A stretch of 63,873 nt of DNA, counting the filler. It is 9 parts of 9 records of this genome, joined end to end, with 100 filler letters (N's around TTAATTAATTAA, not from the genome) between each part and the next. Parts side by side here need not be neighbours in the genome. Positions count along the whole stretch, not along the records: positions 56,520 to 60,644 come from SRR20825010_1758; positions 60,745 to 63,873 come from SRR20825010_1761; 7 more parts are not named here. One strand, 5' to 3'. The position numbers and the translations under genes were made by a program. The notes under the pieces are model-generated. The model was not told the DNA's origin. It did not search any database and saw nothing but the letters and a program-made list of their open reading frames with translations. Below, piece by piece: positions 59,205-63,873 of the stretch. How positions within the stretch are numbered: the first letter of the stretch is position 1; every line of letters begins with the position of its first letter.

Positions 59205-60155
59205 ATGTACAACTATCTCGATTTTGAAAAGCCCGTTGCCGATCTCGAAGGCCAGATCCTTGAACTGAAAAAGCTCGCCGAAAGCGGCGAAGCTGTGGAC
59301 GTCGCCGATGAGATCGCACGCCTTGAGAAACGCTCCAAGGACGCACTGGTAGAAATCTACCGGTCTCTGACGCCCTGGCAGAAGGCACAGGTCGCGCGCC
59401 ATCCCGACCGTCCGCACTGCCTCGATTATGTACGCGGACTCTTCACCGATTTCACACCGCTTGCCGGCGACCGCGCTTTCGGCGAAGACAATGCGGTGAT
59501 TGCCGGTTTCGCGCGCTTCAACGGTCAGTCCGTTGCAGTGATCGGCCAGGAAAAAGGCAATGACACGCAGAGCCGGCTGAAGCACAATTTTGGCATGGCC
59601 CGGCCCGAAGGCTACCGCAAGGCCGTGCGTGTCATGGACCTGGCGGACCGTTTTGGCATTCCTTTGATCAGCATTGTCGACACGACAGGTGCCTATCCCG
59701 GCATCGGCGCAGAAGAGCGCGGACAGGCCGAAGCCATTGCCCAGTCAACGTCGAAATGCCTTGGTCTGAAAGTTCCCAACATCGCGGTTGTCATCGGCGA
59801 AGGTGGCTCGGGTGGCGCCATTGCCATCGCCACGGCCAATCAGGTCTACATGCTGGAGCATGCCATCTATTCGGTGATCTCGCCGGAGGGCGCTGCCTCC
59901 ATTCTGTGGCGCGACTCTGCCCGTGCGAAGGATGCGGCAACCAACATGAAGATCACCGCACAGGACCTCATGGGCCTTAAGGTGATCGACGGCATCATTC
60001 CCGAGCCGATCGGCGGCGCGCACCGGGCACCGGAAAAGGTGATCGCGGCGGCCGGCGAGCAGATCGCGAAGGGATTTGCCGAAATGGCCGAGGGCAAGAT
60101 GGACTATCGCGAGCATCGCCGCGAGAAGTTCCTCGCCATCGGCCGGACGTTGTAA
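59205..60155 (+). CDS. accA: Acetyl-CoA carboxylase carboxyltransferase alpha
   Basis: YLDFEKP, ARHPDRP, NFGMARPEGYRKA, GAEERGQ and YSVISPEG. Confidence 0.97.
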   Translation: MYNYLDFEKPVADLEGQILELKKLAESGEAVDVADEIARLEKRSKDALVEIYRSLTPWQKAQVARHPDRPHCLDYVRGLFTDFTPLAGDRAFGEDNAVIAGFARFNGQSVAVIGQEKGNDTQSRLKHNFGMARPEGYRKAVRVMDLADRFGIPLISIVDTTGAYPGIGAEERGQAEAIAQSTSKCLGLKVPNIAVVIGEGGSGGAIAIATANQVYMLEHAIYSVISPEGAASILWRDSARAKDAATNMKITAQDLMGLKVIDGIIPEPIGGAHRAPEKVIAAAGEQIAKGFAEMAEGKMDYREHRREKFLAIGRTL

Positions 60156-60162
60156 GCCTCGA

Positions 60163-60644
60163 TCAGGCGGCGGAAGCACGCTGGGGTCTGCGCACCACGC
60201 GGATGGTACCACTGTTTCCGCCACCACAGAAAAAGCGGTCGCCGCCGTCGGATTCAAGACCCGAAATGCCCATACCGGACGGCATGTCCAGTTGGGTCAG
60301 CACTGCCCCGTTTTCGGGGTCGATGCGCCGAAGTTCATTTTCGTCGCCTTCCCACGTGCCGTGCCACAGCTCTCCATCCACCCAGGTAACACCCGTAACG
60401 AAGCGGTTGGATTCGATGGTGCGCAGGATCGCTCCTGTCTCCGGGTCGATCTTGTGGATTTTCCGCTCACGATACTGCCCGACCCAAAGCGCGCCATCGG
60501 CCCAGGCCAGACCGGAGCTGCCTCCGTCCTGCGGTGCAGGGATGCTGGCCAGCACCGAGCCGGTTTTCGGATCAATCTTCTGGATCCTGTCTTCTGCGAT
60601 CTGAAACATGTGCGTGCCGTCGAAGGCCGTGCCCGCCATTGCCG
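60163..60644 (-). CDS. Beta-propeller protein, glutamine cyclotransferase/DUF5074-like (5' truncated)
   Basis: Repeats GTAFDG, GLAWADG, GVTWVDG and GLESDG, with (K/R)IDPxxG after the first three. Confidence 0.7.
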
Positions 60645-60744
60645 NNNNNNNNNNNNNNNNNNNNNNNNNNNNNNNNNNNNNNNNNNNNTTAATTAATTAA
60701 NNNNNNNNNNNNNNNNNNNNNNNNNNNNNNNNNNNNNNNNNNNN
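60645..60744. other. Artificial contig linker
   Basis: N-run with TTAATTAATTAA core. Confidence 0.99.
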
Positions 60745-60806
60745 CTCGGGAGGCGTCAAGCCGAACGGCGTCGAATTCGGGTTCGGACAGCAGGGAGTGG
60801 ACCGCA

Positions 60807-61745
60807 TTGGATCTTTCAGGCGCTCATATCGAGGCGTTCATCGAAATGCTGAGCGCGGAGCGGGGTGCGGCCCACAACACGCTTTCAGCCTACCAGCGCG
60901 ATCTCGACGACTATCGCGATTTCATGATTGACCGCGGGATTTCCGTCGATGGCGCGGGCTCGGGCGATATCGCCGCCTATCTCTCCGATCTTTCGCGGCG
61001 CGGCTTTGCGGCAAGTTCCCAGGCAAGGCGACTTTCGGCGCTGAAGCAGTTCTATCAGTTTCTCTATGCCGAGGGCATGCGCGGCGACGATCCGACCGGC
61101 ATCATCGATGCGCCGAAAAAATCCCGCCCGCTGCCGAAAACCCTCTCTGTCGCCGATGTCGACCGGTTGCTGGAGCAGGCCGCGGCAGAGGCGCGCGAAC
61201 ACGGTCCACAGCATTTTGAAAAGCTGCGCATGAGCGCGCTTCTGGAAACGCTCTATGCCAGCGGCATGCGGGTTTCCGAACTCGTCACGCTGCCGGCGTC
61301 GGTGATGAAGAAGAAGGAGCGGTTTCTGACGGTGCGGGGCAAGGGCAACAAGGAGCGCGCCGTGCCGCTGTCGCACCGCGCGCTTGAAGCGCTTGCCGCC
61401 TTCGATGTCGAGCGGCAGAGGGCTGCGGGCGACGAGGAAACCCCTTATCTGTTCGCCTCTCGGGGCGCCGCCGGCCATCTTTCGCGCCAGGTGTTCGCGC
61501 GCGATCTGAAAGGCCTTGCCGCGCGGGCGGGGCTGAGGACCACCGCGATTTCGCCGCACGTGCTGCGTCACGCCTTCGCAAGTCACCTGCTGCAGAACGG
61601 CGCGGATCTGCGCGCGGTTCAGGAAATGCTCGGCCATGCCGATATTTCGACCACGCAAATCTACACCCATGTGCTGGAGGAGCGGCTCCGGGAACTGGTG
61701 GAAATGCATCACCCCCTTGCAAAAGAAGCCAAAAAACGGGATTAA
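60807..61745 (+). CDS. xerD: Site-specific tyrosine recombinase XerD (second organism)
   Basis: [30 protein letters not shown] and [17 protein letters not shown] start after GGGAG. Confidence 0.94.
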   Translation: MDLSGAHIEAFIEMLSAERGAAHNTLSAYQRDLDDYRDFMIDRGISVDGAGSGDIAAYLSDLSRRGFAASSQARRLSALKQFYQFLYAEGMRGDDPTGIIDAPKKSRPLPKTLSVADVDRLLEQAAAEAREHGPQHFEKLRMSALLETLYASGMRVSELVTLPASVMKKKERFLTVRGKGNKERAVPLSHRALEALAAFDVERQRAAGDEETPYLFASRGAAGHLSRQVFARDLKGLAARAGLRTTAISPHVLRHAFASHLLQNGADLRAVQEMLGHADISTTQIYTHVLEERLRELVEMHHPLAKEAKKRD

Positions 61746-61819
61746 GCGGCACAATATTGTAAGTGGAAGCCCGAGAACCCGGTTCCGGGCCCGGCGGAAA
61801 ACCCAGGGAAACTGCGACA

Positions 61820-62773
61820 ATGTACAGCTATCTCGATTTCGAAAGGCCGATCTCCGATCTGGAAGCCAAGATTATCGAGCTGAAGAAACTGGCCGATGAT
61901 GGCGAAAGCATCGACACGTCTGAAGAAATCGCGCGGCTGGAAACCCGCGTCAGCGAGGCGATGACCGATATCTACGGCAAGCTTTCGCCATGGCAGAAGG
62001 CGCAGGTTGCCCGCCATCCCCAGCGCCCGCACTTCCTCGACTACGCCAGGCGGCTGTTCACCGAATTCACCACGATCGCCGGCGACCGCAATTTCGGCGA
62101 GGACGCGGCGATCCAGGCAGGTCTCGCCCGTTTCCGCGGACGGCCCGTCGCCGTGATCGGCGAGGAAAAGGGCCACGACACCAAGAGCCGGCTGAAGCAT
62201 AATTTCGGCATGCCGCGGCCCGAGGGCTACCGCAAGGCGATCCGCCTGATGGAGCTTGCCGACCGTTTCAACCTGCCGGTGATCTCGATCGTCGATACCC
62301 AGGGCGCCTATCCGGGCGTCGGCGCGGAAGAGCGCGGACAGGCGGAAGCGATCGCACGGTCGACCCAGATGTGTCTCCGGCTCGGCGTGCCGATGATCAC
62401 GCTGGTGATCGGCGAGGGCATGTCGGGCGGCGCGATCGCGATTGCGGCGGCCAACCGGGTCTATATGCTGGAACACGCGATCTATTCGGTGATCTCGCCG
62501 GAAGGCGCGGCCTCGATCCTGTGGCGCGATTCCGCCCGCGCCAAGGAAGCGGCGACCAACATGAAGATCACCGCCCAGGATCTGAAGGGATTCGGCATTG
62601 TCGAGGAGATCATCCCCGAGCCGGTCGGCGGCGCGCACCGCAATGCCGATATCGTGATCGACGCTTCGGGCGACCAGATTGCCGAGGGGCTAGGCGAATT
62701 CGACGGCAAGTCCGCGGAGGAAATCCGCAATCTGCGCCGACAGAAATTCCTCGCCATCGGCCGTAATCTCTGA
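61820..62773 (+). CDS. accA: Acetyl-CoA carboxylase carboxyltransferase alpha (second organism)
   Basis: MYSYLDFERP, NFGMPRPEGYRKA, GAEERGQ and YSVISPEG. Confidence 0.97.
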   Translation: MYSYLDFERPISDLEAKIIELKKLADDGESIDTSEEIARLETRVSEAMTDIYGKLSPWQKAQVARHPQRPHFLDYARRLFTEFTTIAGDRNFGEDAAIQAGLARFRGRPVAVIGEEKGHDTKSRLKHNFGMPRPEGYRKAIRLMELADRFNLPVISIVDTQGAYPGVGAEERGQAEAIARSTQMCLRLGVPMITLVIGEGMSGGAIAIAAANRVYMLEHAIYSVISPEGAASILWRDSARAKEAATNMKITAQDLKGFGIVEEIIPEPVGGAHRNADIVIDASGDQIAEGLGEFDGKSAEEIRNLRRQKFLAIGRNL

Positions 62774-62917
62774 GGATCTGCGATCCTTCAACGGGTTGTT
62801 GTTGCCGGGGCGGAAAGAAACGGTTAACGCTTTCTTGAAGTTTGACAGTGCATTATGGTTTCCACTGCGTGGCGGGCAACCGTTGCGTTTGAAGGCAAAA
62901 TCCGGCAGGTTCTATCC

Positions 62918-63873
62918 ATGCGCTTGACTGTACTGGCCCCGATAATGTTCGCCGCTGTGGCGCTGACGGGCTGCAACAGCTTTTTTGACAGTACCGACTT
63001 CTCCTCCGTGCAGGAGAAGATGAACTATTCTTTGCCTTCTTCCATGGTGGCGAAGATGAGTTCGCGCGACATGGCCAAGAACGCGCCGATCACCATTCGC
63101 ATCTTCAAGGAAGAGGGCGTTCTCGAAATCTGGAAGCAGACGCGCGACGGCACCTATGGCGAACTCGAGTCCTATGAGATCTGCGCCTGGTCCGGCAAGC
63201 TCGGCCCCAAGAAGAAAGAGGGCGACCGGCAGGCGCCCGAGGGTTTCTATCCGCTCTCGAAGGGGCTTCTGAATCCCTATTCGCAGTATTTCCTGGCGAT
63301 CAATACCGGCTATCCCAACCGCTATGACCGCGCCAACCAGTTCACCGGCTCCGATCTGATGATCCACGGCGCCTGTTCCTCGCGCGGTTGCTATTCGATG
63401 ACCGACGAGCAGATCCTGGAAATCTTTTCGCTGGCGCGCGACGCCTTTGCCGGCGGCCAGCAGGCGATCATGCTGCAGGCCTACCCGTTCCGCATGACCG
63501 CGGCAAACATGGTGCGTCATCGCCACAACGAGAATTACCCCTTCTGGCAGTCGCTGAAGGAAGGCTATGACTATTTCGACGTGACCCACAAGGTGCCCGA
63601 CGTCGACGTCTGCGGCGGCGACTATGTGTTCAACAAGGATCCGGTCAATGGCGGCGATGTCGCCTCCGATCGCGCCTGCCCTATCATGGCCTCCAACATT
63701 CCGCGTCAGGACATGATGGCGCTTGCGCAAAACCACAGCGAATATCAGAAGCTATTCGCCAAGGCGCTTGACGAGAACGACGACAAGGTCTGGCTCGATC
63801 CGAGCGAAGCCGAGCGCAAGGCGCTGGTTGCCGACCTGCGCAAGGATCCGACCGACGCGCTCTACCAGCCCAC
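62918..63873 (+). CDS. L,D-transpeptidase family lipoprotein, YafK/DpaA-like (3' truncated; absent from ORF track)
   Basis: Manual translation: lipobox LTGC, IRIFKEE, CAWSGKLGPK..EGDRQAPEGFY and catalytic MIHGACSSRGCYSM. Confidence 0.92.
   Translation, partial: MRLTVLAPIMFAAVALTGCNSFFDSTDFSSVQEKMNYSLPSSMVAKMSSRDMAKNAPITIRIFKEEGVLEIWKQTRDGTYGELESYEICAWSGKLGPKKKEGDRQAPEGFYPLSKGLLNPYSQYFLAINTGYPNRYDRANQFTGSDLMIHGACSSRGCYSMTDEQILEIFSLARDAFAGGQQAIMLQAYPFRMTAANMVRHRHNENYPFWQSLKEGYDYFDVTHKVPDVDVCGGDYVFNKDPVNGGDVASDRACPIMASNIPRQDMMALAQNHSEYQKLFAKALDENDDKVWLDPSEAERKALVADLRKDPTDALYQP

Noticed and set aside
58166-62773. Apparent tandem duplication of xerD-accA, or integrases marking a mobile element
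   Set aside because: The copies are on different contigs separated by a linker and are substantially diverged. Both are housekeeping XerD in the normal aroK/accA context.
62824-62838. Possible CtrA box (TTAA-N7-TTGA) upstream of the L,D-transpeptidase
   Set aside because: The second half-site mismatches the TTAA-N7-TTAA consensus; too weak without conservation data.

Overview
This window is not one locus. It is nine unrelated contigs joined by 100-bp artificial linkers (44 N + TTAATTAATTAA + 44 N) at 7212, 10842, 21408, 25338, 40844, 53154, 56420 and 60645, so gene neighbourhoods are valid only within a contig. Taxon assignments below are inferred from gene order, protein style and GC. Contigs A (1-7211: glmM-folP-folB-sleB-ppdK-glyS) and B (7312-10841: secY-rplO, P450) look Rhodobacteraceae. 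Contigs C (10942-21407), E (25438-40843) and F (40944-53153) look Rhodospirillales. Contig D (21508-25337, lower GC) looks beta/gammaproteobacterial and carries a DUF1329-YCF48-RND cluster. Contigs G, H and I (53254-63873) look Rhizobiales (mepA-mgsA-glk; aroB-aroK-xerD-accA; xerD-accA-L,D-transpeptidase). Most genes are housekeeping. I found no rRNA, tRNA, CRISPR array or transposase. The strongest leads are: (1) a low-GC, translationally coupled two-gene insert (His-motif protein + DUF1828/DUF1829-like protein) that is a candidate toxin-antitoxin or anti-phage module; (2) an orphan single-chain cobalamin enzyme with an unassigned catalytic domain; (3) a LysR-controlled operon pairing a 3-sulfinopropionyl-CoA desulfinase with a ThDP enzyme; (4) an unannotated ~82-nt sRNA with its own promoter, anti-SD motifs and terminator; (5) a perfect Fur-type palindrome upstream of a porin; (6) a PPDK with a degenerate nucleotide-binding domain.
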